Virus record (IMG/VR): IMGVR_UViG_3300021430_000613
Coordinates: 7,767-71,766 of that record
Length of the DNA: 64,000 nt
Reading direction: 5' to 3' (one strand)
Source of the DNA: a virus
Taxonomy: Duplodnaviria; Caudoviricetes
Part shown: positions 27,499 to 37,136 of the stretch, piece by piece
How the letters are laid out: each line of letters starts with the position of its first letter
Position numbering within the stretch: position 1 is the stretch's first letter
Program-made: the position numbers and the translations under genes
The notes under the pieces: model-generated
Database searches by the model: none
What the model was told of the DNA's origin: nothing
The model's input: the letters and a program-made list of their open reading frames with translations, nothing else

Positions 27499-28442
27499 AA
27501 AAAGTTGTTTATGTAACTGGATGTTTAGGATTTATAGGAGGTTACGTTACACGCACCTGTTTACAAAAAGGATGGCATGTAATGGGCATTGACTGTGAAA
27601 CATATGCAGCAAATATAAATTTGCTAGATGAGTTTCGTACATACAATAATTTCTCTTATCAAAAAATAAATCTCAATAATTTAGATTTATTATATGACTG
27701 CGACTATATTATTAACACAGCAGCCGAAACTCATGTTGATAGAAGCATAGTTAACAGTAATGAATTTATAAAAAGTAATATTGATGGTGTTCATAATTTA
27801 TTAAGATTAATATTAACTAAAAATAGATTCAAAATGCCTGTGTTATTTCAGTTTAGCACAGATGAAGTGTACGGAGATACAGTTACAGGAAGTTTTAACG
27901 AATTGTCGCCGTGTCGTCCTAGTAATCCATATAGTGCTACAAAAGCCAGTGCCGATATGTTAATACAATCATGGAATAGAACATTTAATGTTCCATATGT
28001 TATATTAAGACCAAGTAATAATTATGGTATAGGACAATATGTAGAAAAATTTATACCAAAAGCATGCAAGTATTTGCAACTAGGAAAACCTGTACCAATG
28101 CATGAAAACGGAGATCCTATTCGAACTTGGCTACATGCACAAGATACTGCAGATGCAGTAATAACATTAATTGAAAAAGAAATAATTAACGAAACTTTTA
28201 ATGTATCTGGTAACTATTCTGATACTAATTTGAACATTTTTAAACAGATTTTATCATGTTATAATTTTGATCCAGAAGAATATAGTTTATATGCCGACTT
28301 TAATGTAAACCGAGTTGGACAAGATGTGAGATACTCCATTGACGATTCAAAATTAAGAAAATTAGGATGGTCAAATCGTAAAAATTTTACAGAAGAATTA
28401 CCAGCTATTGCTTCTTATTATAAATGGAATTTTATTTGGTAA
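27495..28442 (+). CDS. rfbB: dTDP-glucose 4,6-dehydratase-like
   Basis: VTGCLGFIG, AAETHVDRSI, STDEVYG, PSNPYSATKA, R.SNNYG..QY.EKFIP, WLH..D, R.GQD.RY.ID. Confidence 0.9.
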   Translation: MKKVVYVTGCLGFIGGYVTRTCLQKGWHVMGIDCETYAANINLLDEFRTYNNFSYQKINLNNLDLLYDCDYIINTAAETHVDRSIVNSNEFIKSNIDGVHNLLRLILTKNRFKMPVLFQFSTDEVYGDTVTGSFNELSPCRPSNPYSATKASADMLIQSWNRTFNVPYVILRPSNNYGIGQYVEKFIPKACKYLQLGKPVPMHENGDPIRTWLHAQDTADAVITLIEKEIINETFNVSGNYSDTNLNIFKQILSCYNFDPEEYSLYADFNVNRVGQDVRYSIDDSKLRKLGWSNRKNFTEELPAIASYYKWNFIW

Positions 28443-28448
28443 CGTCTC

Positions 28449-28907
28449 ATGACTAATATTGTTTTTAAATTTATAGCAAAATCAGATATGGAAAGTATTA
28501 GATGGCTACGTTGGCTAGATGCCGAAATTTTTCCCAACGATACGCCAGCAGTAATAGGAACTGCTAATTGGTTTTTAGCATGGAATAATGATCAAGCTGT
28601 TGCATTTTGTGGGTGGAAGCCGTATCTTCTTGATCTAGACATAGTTGGATTTCATTATAGAGCAGGTGTATTATCTAGTCATCGAGGTCAAGGATTGCAA
28701 AGAAAAATGATAGAACTTCGAGAATCAGAAATGATTCGTTCAAATATAAAAGTTGCAGTAACTTATACAGAAGTATATAGTGCTGCTAGTATGACTAGTT
28801 TTATAAACATGGGATATAGACCATACGAAGCAACAGAAAAGACTGCACTTTGCGACCTTAATAAATTTCGCAGAATGGTACATTGGAAAAAGAATTTAAA
28901 TGTCTAA
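28449..28907 (+). CDS. GNAT-family acetyltransferase
   Basis: RAGVLSSHRGQGLQRKMI (motif A), SMTSFINMGY. Confidence 0.8.
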   Translation: MTNIVFKFIAKSDMESIRWLRWLDAEIFPNDTPAVIGTANWFLAWNNDQAVAFCGWKPYLLDLDIVGFHYRAGVLSSHRGQGLQRKMIELRESEMIRSNIKVAVTYTEVYSAASMTSFINMGYRPYEATEKTALCDLNKFRRMVHWKKNLNV

Positions 28908-29244
28908 CAAAAAACAAGATCTAATACAACAAGTTGAAAATGCACAACGACAGCTTTTGACAAGATGGTCTATTTCTCCAGAGGATATAAACAACATGCC
29001 AATTCATATATCAGAAAATTTATCAGACATATTAAAGGAAGAAATTGAAGCTGAGCAGAGTATTGAGCTCTTAAAAAGCGTAGGTTGGTATTCTATTAAA
29101 ACACCAGACAATGAAATTTGGTCGGTGAATACACTAACAGAATGGTGTAAATCTAATTGTAATAGAAAATACAAAGTATTTTACCATACTTGCTTATTTG
29201 AAGATAAAGAGGATGCAACTAAATTTAACTTGGTGTGGGGATAA
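28900..29244 (+). CDS. Hypothetical protein (C-terminal FEDxxDAxxFxLxW motif)
   Basis: 114-aa ORF overlapping both neighbours. Confidence 0.6.
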   Translation: MSNKKQDLIQQVENAQRQLLTRWSISPEDINNMPIHISENLSDILKEEIEAEQSIELLKSVGWYSIKTPDNEIWSVNTLTEWCKSNCNRKYKVFYHTCLFEDKEDATKFNLVWG

Positions 29245-30218
29245 TGAAGCTTCTTTTTTGTGTGCACCGCTATGCTCCTTTCCCGGGCGGAAGTGAAATC
29301 TATGTGCAAAATATGGCAGAGGAAAGTCTACGTCGCGGTAATACTGTAGCTGTATTTGCAGGTGAACACCAAGGTGACTATAACGGTGTTACTGTTACTA
29401 ATGATACAAATATTTTGCTGAAACACTGGGATTTAATCATAGTGCATGGCGGAGATGTTAATGTACAAAATTTTGTTCTTTCCAATGCTACTAGGATTCC
29501 TAGTCCTATACTTTATATGCTTGTTCTTCCTAGCTCTAGCCATGTTTGCCTGCAAGCTCTTAGAGACTGCACTTATCTTGGCTGCAGTACTAATCAAGAC
29601 TGGGATCATTGTAAGAAATATGGTGTCGAACCCAAAGCCGTGAGAGTTAGACATGGTATTACATTAGATCACTCAATTGGAGTTAACGGATTTAAAGAAA
29701 AATATAATATTCAAGGCACTATGTTTTTAAGCTGTGGCGGATATTGGCCAAACAAAGCTATGCGTGAACTTGCGGATGTGTTTAAGCGCGCAAATATTAA
29801 AAATACAACACTTGTTACAACTGGCTATGATAATAGAATGAATCTAATGCCAGAAAATACAGATAATGTAAAGAATATTATTCTCAACAATAGAGCAGAT
29901 GTTCTCAGTGCTATTAAAGATGCAGACTGTTATATAATGCATAGCTATCAAGAAGGGTTTGGTCTTGTGTTGCTAGAAGCTATGGTTAACAAGACTCCGT
30001 GGGTATCAAGGAGAATAGCAGGTGCAGACCTTATGAAAGAGTATGGTCATACATATACTAGCGATATTGAACTAGTTCATGAATTACTAACATTTAATAA
30101 GAACGATTTTAATATCGATGTTGCATACGAGTACGCAATAAACAATCATCTTATTCAACACACAGTAGATGACATCGAATCTGTTGCTAAAAAGTTACTT
30201 AAACCACCCAACCTTTAA
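29244..30218 (+). CDS. Glycosyltransferase family 4 (GT-B)
   Basis: HRYAPFPGGSEIYV, ADCYIMHSYQEGFGLVLLEAM. Confidence 0.88.
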   Translation: MKLLFCVHRYAPFPGGSEIYVQNMAEESLRRGNTVAVFAGEHQGDYNGVTVTNDTNILLKHWDLIIVHGGDVNVQNFVLSNATRIPSPILYMLVLPSSSHVCLQALRDCTYLGCSTNQDWDHCKKYGVEPKAVRVRHGITLDHSIGVNGFKEKYNIQGTMFLSCGGYWPNKAMRELADVFKRANIKNTTLVTTGYDNRMNLMPENTDNVKNIILNNRADVLSAIKDADCYIMHSYQEGFGLVLLEAMVNKTPWVSRRIAGADLMKEYGHTYTSDIELVHELLTFNKNDFNIDVAYEYAINNHLIQHTVDDIESVAKKLLKPPNL

Positions 30219-30614
30219 TTTATTATCTGTTCTATGTTGCCATTCTTCTACGCTGCTTGGATATCTCCATGCCCATACAGCAACTAATAACATCACTAAT
30301 CCTACACCCAATGTGTACCAAATATTTTGAGTAGTAATCCAAATAACTATTAAACTAACATCCATAGTTATAACCATTGCCCATTTTCCTGCAGTTGGAA
30401 ATACTCGTTTTTCACTCCAGTTTCTTAAAAAAGGCCCAAATAGTCGATGATTCATTATCCAGTTGTGCATTCGATCGCTGCTTTTGCTAAAGCAAAATGC
30501 TGCACAAACTGTTGGAGTGCTCCATGGTATACCTGGCGTAACAATCCCAATATATGCTATACCCACAAAGATAATTCCCAGGGTAAACCAGAACGCTTTT
30601 TTAATTTTCTTCAT
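30195..30614 (-). CDS. ybaN: YbaN / DUF454 family membrane protein
   Basis: LGIIFVGIAYIGIVTPGIPWSTPTVCAAFCFSKSSDRMHNWIMNHRLFGPFLRNW. Confidence 0.88.
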   Translation of the reverse strand: MKKIKKAFWFTLGIIFVGIAYIGIVTPGIPWSTPTVCAAFCFSKSSDRMHNWIMNHRLFGPFLRNWSEKRVFPTAGKWAMVITMDVSLIVIWITTQNIWYTLGVGLVMLLVAVWAWRYPSSVEEWQHRTDNKLKVGWFK

Positions 30615-30707
30615 TTATATCTCCAAAAATAATAAATTTTTAATTTAATAATCAAACTTATACAGTATTTAATTGATTATATAATCAGTATATAATAATA
30701 TTATTGT

Positions 30708-31436
30708 ATGAAAGTTGCTCTTCAGCTAAGTGGTAGATTAAAATTTTCAAACGAATCTCTAGGATCACTAATACAGTCAATAGTTAATACTACAAAACCA
30801 GATATTTTTTGTAGTTTTTGGAGTCCTAAAAAATCACAAACTGCACAAATTATTGACCATCATTTAAAGCCAAAATTATGTGAATATGAGGATCATGATT
30901 TAGTAAGACCATATCTTGATAGATTGTTTAACGGTAAAAAAATATATCCAAATTTACCTGTAATGGCGTACAAATTTCATAGAGTTAGCATGGTCCGACA
31001 AATGTACGAGCGTTCAGCAAACATAAAATATGATTGTGTTATTCAGGCAAGAACTGATTGCATATTTTTTGAAATATTTGACTCTTCTCGTTGTCAAGAA
31101 TCCTTAGATAAAAATTCTATCCTGTGTACTAATTTTATGCAACCGTACATTGATACATTTATTCAACCAACAATAAGAGATAATTTTTATCTTGGTCCTG
31201 CTCAATTAGTCGATCGAGCAAATAGCGAATTTTGGCATTTATTAAATCAAATTGAAGATTACGAAGAACGAAAATTAAATTATCATAATTTATGTACCGA
31301 AATTATACAAAGTAAAGTATGGAAAAATCTTGGTATACCTGTACAACCGCTGTATGGGTTAGGTCAATCTGGAACATATTTCCAAGGACATTTTGCATAT
31401 GATGTAGATAGAAGAAAAGTAGAATTTTTCGATTAA
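30708..31436 (+). CDS. Hypothetical glycosyltransferase-like protein
   Basis: MKVALQLSGR N-terminus, YDCVIQARTD, DNFYLG; this pattern is seen in viral sugar islands. Confidence 0.5.
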   Translation: MKVALQLSGRLKFSNESLGSLIQSIVNTTKPDIFCSFWSPKKSQTAQIIDHHLKPKLCEYEDHDLVRPYLDRLFNGKKIYPNLPVMAYKFHRVSMVRQMYERSANIKYDCVIQARTDCIFFEIFDSSRCQESLDKNSILCTNFMQPYIDTFIQPTIRDNFYLGPAQLVDRANSEFWHLLNQIEDYEERKLNYHNLCTEIIQSKVWKNLGIPVQPLYGLGQSGTYFQGHFAYDVDRRKVEFFD

Positions 31437-31693
31437 GCTTGCGCCTTGATAATACGCTGAACTACTTGTTGCAGTATTTTAAAATCATAATTTATTTCAG
31501 CAGAAAATGCTTTTCTAAATTTTTGATAATCAAACAAACTATCATGCAGTTTTGCTAGTTCTTCTTCTTCAACTGAAGTATAAGGCTCATCTTGTGTATA
31601 AAGTTTAGATAAATTCGCGTTGATTTCAGCTATAATTTCATCTGTAGTTGACAACAATATTGCTTTTACATTGGTCTGCGGAGTTCTACTCAT
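31433..31693 (-). CDS. Hypothetical protein
   Basis: 86-aa helical ORF. Confidence 0.5.
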   Translation of the reverse strand: MSRTPQTNVKAILLSTTDEIIAEINANLSKLYTQDEPYTSVEEEELAKLHDSLFDYQKFRKAFSAEINYDFKILQQVVQRIIKAQA

Positions 31694-31733
31694 GCCACAA
31701 GTTTATCTTATATATTATACAATGTCTATAATA

Positions 31734-32303
31734 TCAGTTTAGAAAACTCGTTGGATAGTATTCCCCAACTTTTCTGATTTCAAGTATTTTAAATCCAGAC
31801 TTTAGATATAAAGGCATAGCAGCAGGGTGATCAAAACTGTTTGTATATAAAAATAATTCTGAAATTTTTGAACGTGCATGAGCAAGACATGCATTTAAAA
31901 ATGATTTACTAAAACTTTTACCAGTAAAATGTTCAAATAATCCAAAATATTCAATATAGCAATTTTCAAAATTTATAATTGAAAATCCAGCAGGTTGACC
32001 ATCAATAATAAATGTAATGTATGATTTATTACCAGATAAAAATTTGTCAACGTCGATGCTATCTAAATAATGCATATACCACCAGTTGTATTTTTTTCCA
32101 ACAGAGTTATATAGATAGAAAAAATAATCTTTAGTCCAACTATTACTTATTATTATCTTATTCTCTGGCACGTTGTCTAACGATAATTCGGAGAGATTAA
32201 TATGTAATTTATAAGATCGATAAAAAGTCCATTCTTCAATTATATCTTGACCAAACATAGCCAATCTATAAGGACCTTGATAATGTGCATTTTGATAAAT
32301 CAT
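31734..32303 (-). CDS. GNAT-family acetyltransferase
   Basis: LYNSVG..YNWW, GQPAGF, IEYFGL...FTGK, YTNSFDHPAA..LY.K.GF. Confidence 0.8.
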   Translation of the reverse strand: MIYQNAHYQGPYRLAMFGQDIIEEWTFYRSYKLHINLSELSLDNVPENKIIISNSWTKDYFFYLYNSVGKKYNWWYMHYLDSIDVDKFLSGNKSYITFIIDGQPAGFSIINFENCYIEYFGLFEHFTGKSFSKSFLNACLAHARSKISELFLYTNSFDHPAAMPLYLKSGFKILEIRKVGEYYPTSFLN

Positions 32304-32373
32304 GTTTATATCTAATTCACTTAAAAAATAAAATCATTTGACATTGTTATGCATATATATAATATATAGTGTT

Positions 32374-33801
32374 ATGAGAGACATCATATTAAATTTAATT
32401 AAAACAAAACCAAAACATTACGCAATAATAATAAAATCTTCTCCTGAAATGTTAAATTGGGTGAAAAAAAATTCTATTATAACAAGCGATTATATTCCAG
32501 AGTTAGTATATTCTGCATTATACGGCGAAACTAATATTTGTGTAAACAAAAATCAAAAAAAATTTGTTAACATTACACAAGGATTTTCCGGATGCGGTCC
32601 TGCAAAAATATGCAAATGTACATACGATAGTATACAACAATCTGTTATTAAAACAAAATCTAAGTTTACAGATGACAAACGTAAAGAAATAAATGAAAAA
32701 CGTAATATCACTATGATAGAAAAATATGGTGTTGCATATAATAGTCAGCGAGATGACATACATCATATTTGGAAAAAACCAAAAATAAATACAGATGTAT
32801 TTGAAAAATTATCTGATTACAATTGGTTAAATCAAGAATATAATATCAATAAAAGAACTGCGGTTGATATTGCCAATGAGCTTAATGTTTATTATGGCAC
32901 AGTTATCGATTATTGTATTAATCATAATTTTACAATAAGACAACGTACTAATTATAGCGTAGTTGAATTAAGTATTATGAAATTTCTTGATGCGCATAAT
33001 ATTCAATACGAGCATGGAAATTGGAAAACAGTTGGTAAAGAATTAGATATCTACATTCCATCAAAAAATATAGCTATAGAGGTTAATGGTTTATATTGGC
33101 ACAGTTATCATCCAGATACTAATAAGCCTGAAAATAAAACAAGACATTTAGAAAAAACTAAACTTGCAGGCGAGCACGGTATTGATTTAATTCATATTAC
33201 TGATTTTGAATGGAATAATAAGACAGAAATAGTACAAGCTATGCTGTTAAGCAAGTTAGGAAAAAATACACGTATAGGTGCTAGACAATGTACAATAAAA
33301 GAGTTGTCGTTGTTTGAAGAAAAAGAATTTATTAATCAGTATCATATACAAGGATACATTCCTAGTAATTTTTCAATAGGATTATTTTATAAAAACGAAC
33401 TAATATCATTAATGTCTGTTGGCAAGAGTAGGTTTAATAAAGAAGCAGAGTATGAACTTTTACGATATTGCACTAAAGCAGGTTTAACAGTAGTAGGCGG
33501 AGGTAGCAAATTAATATCTACAATTAAAAATCGCTGTTCATCCATAATAACATACTGTGATTTATCAAAAAGTACAGGAAAAAGTTATATGTCTATTGGT
33601 TTTAAGTTTTTAAGAGATACAGGACCTGGATATTTTTGGACAGATGGTAATGTTGTTATATCAAGATTTAAAGCACAACGATCACAGCTAAAACGTTGGT
33701 TAAAAACATATGATCCAAATCTCAGTGAGTCTGAAAACATGTTTCTAGCAAAATTTAGAAGATTTCATGATTGCGGTAATAGAGTTTTTATTTTAAATTA
33801 A
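32374..33801 (+). CDS. Hef-like free-standing PD-(D/E)XK endonuclease with C-terminal GNAT/Mom-like domain
   Basis: KELDIYIPSKNIAIEVNGLYWHS, HLEKT....GI.LIHI...EW; C-terminal YELLRYC..VVGGGSKL..ITYCD. Confidence 0.75.
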   Translation: MRDIILNLIKTKPKHYAIIIKSSPEMLNWVKKNSIITSDYIPELVYSALYGETNICVNKNQKKFVNITQGFSGCGPAKICKCTYDSIQQSVIKTKSKFTDDKRKEINEKRNITMIEKYGVAYNSQRDDIHHIWKKPKINTDVFEKLSDYNWLNQEYNINKRTAVDIANELNVYYGTVIDYCINHNFTIRQRTNYSVVELSIMKFLDAHNIQYEHGNWKTVGKELDIYIPSKNIAIEVNGLYWHSYHPDTNKPENKTRHLEKTKLAGEHGIDLIHITDFEWNNKTEIVQAMLLSKLGKNTRIGARQCTIKELSLFEEKEFINQYHIQGYIPSNFSIGLFYKNELISLMSVGKSRFNKEAEYELLRYCTKAGLTVVGGGSKLISTIKNRCSSIITYCDLSKSTGKSYMSIGFKFLRDTGPGYFWTDGNVVISRFKAQRSQLKRWLKTYDPNLSESENMFLAKFRRFHDCGNRVFILN

Positions 33802-33830
33802 TTTTATATCACAATAAAAATTTATCAAAA

Positions 33831-33858
33831 AATAAGCCCGGAATAATCCGGGCTTATT
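33831..33858. terminator. Shared terminator between the endonuclease and major capsid genes
   Basis: AATAAGCCCGGA-ataa-TCCGGGCTTATT perfect 12-bp stem between convergent genes. Confidence 0.88.
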
Positions 33859-33896
33859 ACTTTCAAAAAAGTTATTGACTTTTTCGTTTGAAGATC

Positions 33897-35099
33897 TTAG
33901 AGAAACTTCAAATGTGCAGTATTGATACCAACACCTGCAAGGTAGTCAGCTGCGTTACCTAAGCTGCTTGCTGTGTTGCTGAGTTCTAGGTAGCCATAAC
34001 GTGTCATGAAGCTAACTACTGGCTCAAATGTATTTGGATCAATGATAACACCACTGCTTGTTAGTGGAACATATGGACAGTAATAGGCTGCCGCGTCGAT
34101 CTCGCCCGGGCCTTTATAACCAACTAGTACGTTGGTGTCATCAGCAGCATACTGGTCAACGTAGACTCTCATGCTGTTGTTTAGTGTTCCAACAAACTTG
34201 GTGTTAGTTGGAGCTTCGAAAGTACCTTCTGTAGTACGTGCAAATGCTGAAGTTGTAGCACTCTGTAGGATGGTTAGTGCAGTTGGGGAAACAACTACCC
34301 AGTTACCAGCACCACGACGTGTACGTGCAGCAATCAAGTTAGCACCACGGTTGATGAGTACTGCTAGAGCAGCGTGTTCGTCACCGACGTATGTTGCTGT
34401 ACCACTTACTGAACCTTGATCGTACATTAGGGTTGTGCCAGCTAGTGTACGTAGGCTGACTAGGATTTCCTGGTCAATTTCAGCTGTGATTTCTTGTGCA
34501 AGAGCTGCCATAATTTCAGCTTCGATGTCAATACCCTGTTGAGCCTGTGCATCCTGTGCAGCTTCAAAAGTCCAACGAGCGCTTAGCTTACGAACTTTAG
34601 CTTCTACAGTTTCCTTTAGGATCTGGATGTTTAGGCGCTTACCAGCTGTACCTTCAAGTACGCTTGTTGGAGCAGCTTTTGGTGTTGTAACATCGCCGTT
34701 ACCTGAATAGAAACGTGCAATGTCAAATGGGCTGAGAGCTTCAGCACCGGCAATTACGCCTGAACCATCTGTTGGGAAAGTGTCAGCATAACGAACACGT
34801 AGCGTGTGGATCTGTCCAACTGGACCGCTCATTGGCTGTACGCCGATGATTTCGTTAGCGATAACTGTTGGCATAACACGACGGATAACAGGTAAAATTA
34901 CCTTGTTAAGTGTTGCTACGCTACCAGCACTTGTGCTGCCTGGTGTAGCATGCTCGAATAGTACTCCACTCTTGCTTTGTAGGTCTTTGCGTGTGTTTTC
35001 TAGGATGACTTCCATAACCTTCTTGCGATTGCCTGTTAGACCGTCGCAGAGGGCGGATTTTGTAGCCGTCCAATGTGTTTCGAAAAGATTCTTACTCAT
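33897..35099 (-). CDS. gp23: Major capsid protein (gp23-like)
   Basis: VILPVIRRVMPTVIANEIIGVQPMSGPVGQIHTLRVRY, RKLSARWTFEAAQD, EIMAALAQEITAEIDQEI, YCPYVPL, FMTRYG. Confidence 0.97.
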   Translation of the reverse strand: MSKNLFETHWTATKSALCDGLTGNRKKVMEVILENTRKDLQSKSGVLFEHATPGSTSAGSVATLNKVILPVIRRVMPTVIANEIIGVQPMSGPVGQIHTLRVRYADTFPTDGSGVIAGAEALSPFDIARFYSGNGDVTTPKAAPTSVLEGTAGKRLNIQILKETVEAKVRKLSARWTFEAAQDAQAQQGIDIEAEIMAALAQEITAEIDQEILVSLRTLAGTTLMYDQGSVSGTATYVGDEHAALAVLINRGANLIAARTRRGAGNWVVVSPTALTILQSATTSAFARTTEGTFEAPTNTKFVGTLNNSMRVYVDQYAADDTNVLVGYKGPGEIDAAAYYCPYVPLTSSGVIIDPNTFEPVVSFMTRYGYLELSNTASSLGNAADYLAGVGINTAHLKFL

Positions 35100-35109
35100 T
35101 ATAATCTCC

Positions 35110-36324
35110 TTAATTTTTGATACCTGCGAGGTGTAGAATCACACCAAGGTCATCTGGTTGCTTGGATTCTTCTATCACTGCTTGGGCTAATTTGTTGTTA
35201 TTTCTATCACCAGTTACGGCAACAGAAGTTGTTTTATTGCTTTCGGCAAGTGTTTGCCTATTTGTGTCAACTTGTTTTCCATTGACGACTGCTGGTAGAT
35301 AGCGGCTAAAAGCTTCTTTCAAATTTTGAGTTTTGACATCTTTTAACATTTCTTCCATAACAGTTTTCTTGTCGCGACTGAGAGGAGCAAGAAGTTCGTT
35401 TAAAACTTCGATTCTCTTAGCACGATCTGCAGCAACACGAGCCTGGGCATTAGCTGTTTCAACTAACATAGTTTTTTCTTGTAGTTGAGCTTTTGCTTCT
35501 GCTAGTGCAGCATCTTTATCCTGAATATGTTTAGTTAATTTCTTAACTTCGCTACCTTCTGATAGATAGCTAGCCATATATTCAGCTGCAACAGCTTCGA
35601 AAATACGTCGACCAAAATTATTCTCACGAGCAACTTTGATGTCTTCTCTCCACTGTACTAGTTCTTTTCTAATTACTTCATTTAGAGTTTTATTAACTGC
35701 TGATCCAGCTCGTTCAATAAATTTAGCCTGTGTTTCTTCAAGTTTCTTCTTGCCTTCTTTTGCAAGTTTAACACGTTGTTCAACAAGGGCTTTTTTATCA
35801 GCTTGAAATTCTGCAATTTCTTCGCTGAGTTGTTTAAGAACAAATGATTCAAGTTTATTCACACGAGCTTTTAGTGCATCTGCACTGCTTTCGCGAATAG
35901 ACTGCAGTTCTTTTGCCATTTCTTGACGCTGTGCGTTGAGAGTCTTACGATCTTCAACGAATTCCACAAGTTCAGCTCTAAGTTGACGATTTACGTATTC
36001 GTTAATGAGTTTGATGTGCTCCTTTAACTTTGCTTCGTAAACAGCCTTAGCATTTGTTGTTTCTTTACTCAATTTTGCACGTTGCTTGATTAAAGCTGCA
36101 CGATCTTCGGCAAACTCAGTTAGCTCTGTACGAATAGAGTCACTTAGCATCTTGTCCATGGCTTCAACAAGTACCGCTTTATCATTTGCATAACGAGCGG
36201 CGTAGTCTTCCTGGAGCTTTTGCTCCGTTGCTTTTATTTTATTTAGAAAAGCTTCCTGAAGTGCAGTTTTGACATCTGTGCCAATAACTTCATTTTCAAG
36301 TAGCTCTTTTATTTCTTTATCCAT
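35110..36324 (-). CDS. gp22: Prohead core scaffold protein (gp22-like)
   Basis: Long coiled coil between protease and capsid genes; RENNFGRRIFEA. Confidence 0.85.
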   Translation of the reverse strand: MDKEIKELLENEVIGTDVKTALQEAFLNKIKATEQKLQEDYAARYANDKAVLVEAMDKMLSDSIRTELTEFAEDRAALIKQRAKLSKETTNAKAVYEAKLKEHIKLINEYVNRQLRAELVEFVEDRKTLNAQRQEMAKELQSIRESSADALKARVNKLESFVLKQLSEEIAEFQADKKALVEQRVKLAKEGKKKLEETQAKFIERAGSAVNKTLNEVIRKELVQWREDIKVARENNFGRRIFEAVAAEYMASYLSEGSEVKKLTKHIQDKDAALAEAKAQLQEKTMLVETANAQARVAADRAKRIEVLNELLAPLSRDKKTVMEEMLKDVKTQNLKEAFSRYLPAVVNGKQVDTNRQTLAESNKTTSVAVTGDRNNNKLAQAVIEESKQPDDLGVILHLAGIKN

Positions 36325-36340
36325 AGGACACTACTCCTTT

Positions 36341-36979
36341 TTATAGTTTCAACTCGTCAACCCATCCAAGCAGAATCTTTTTCAGATGCTTTTGTGCAAC
36401 TGGATCGTGTTTCATGCTTTCAGCTAGGTCTAAAGTTTTATATCCATGCCTGCGGTTCATGATATGTTCGTACATAGGTACTGGATATGCATTTGGCGCA
36501 GAAGGTTTTGCCACAATATCAACAGTTAACATGTCAAAATCTGACACATAACCGTTATCGTCTACATTGCCAGAACCTCGAGAGCTAACTCCCAATTTGA
36601 CTTTGCAGTCTAACAATGTCTTTACAATGTTACCACAAGGTGTAGGTAATATTTCTAATTTACCCATACCATTAGTTCCATCCATCCACATCTCGGTAAT
36701 TTTGTGGCTAACTCTATCGAGATGTATTTGCAGTTCTTGCGGGTGGTCGCATTCTCCAAGTACACCACTATCATCTTTGATAGCAGAACTCATTTGCTCC
36801 ACTGCTTTTTTAATTTCGTTTAAACGATAAACACGACCGTTATGATTGCGTTGCTCGCCTTGTATGAAGATACCCTTCATATACATTTTCTTAGGTGATC
36901 CATTACTGTCGTCACCTTCCAATACTACTTCTGCCTTGGCAGCGTCGTACGTCATATGTTCTGTTAAAAATATTGCCAT
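36341..36979 (-). CDS. gp21: Prohead protease (gp21-like)
   Basis: GIFIQ...NHNGRVY, GECDHP, LDRVSH.I, LGVSSRGSG, VDIVA.PSAP.A. Confidence 0.95.
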   Translation of the reverse strand: MAIFLTEHMTYDAAKAEVVLEGDDSNGSPKKMYMKGIFIQGEQRNHNGRVYRLNEIKKAVEQMSSAIKDDSGVLGECDHPQELQIHLDRVSHKITEMWMDGTNGMGKLEILPTPCGNIVKTLLDCKVKLGVSSRGSGNVDDNGYVSDFDMLTVDIVAKPSAPNAYPVPMYEHIMNRRHGYKTLDLAESMKHDPVAQKHLKKILLGWVDELKL

Positions 36980-37083
36980 GTTTTTTCTATTTTTATTTAA
37001 CAATTTCCATTAAAAAGTTATAAAATCAGTGTTTTTTTGATATGAAAATACAAAATTCACTGATTTATTTATCTTAGAAATCC

Positions 37084-37118
37084 AAAAAAAAACCAGCACG
37101 TTTATATGCTGGTTTTTT
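37084..37118. terminator. Terminator after the acidic core-protein gene
   Basis: A9-CCAGCA-cgtttata-TGCTGG-T6. Confidence 0.82.
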
Positions 37119-37136
37119 AAAACTATTTAATAAGTC

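Noticed and set aside
34171-35302. Plus-strand ORFs over the capsid and scaffold genes
   Set aside because: Shadows caused by strong codon bias in highly expressed genes
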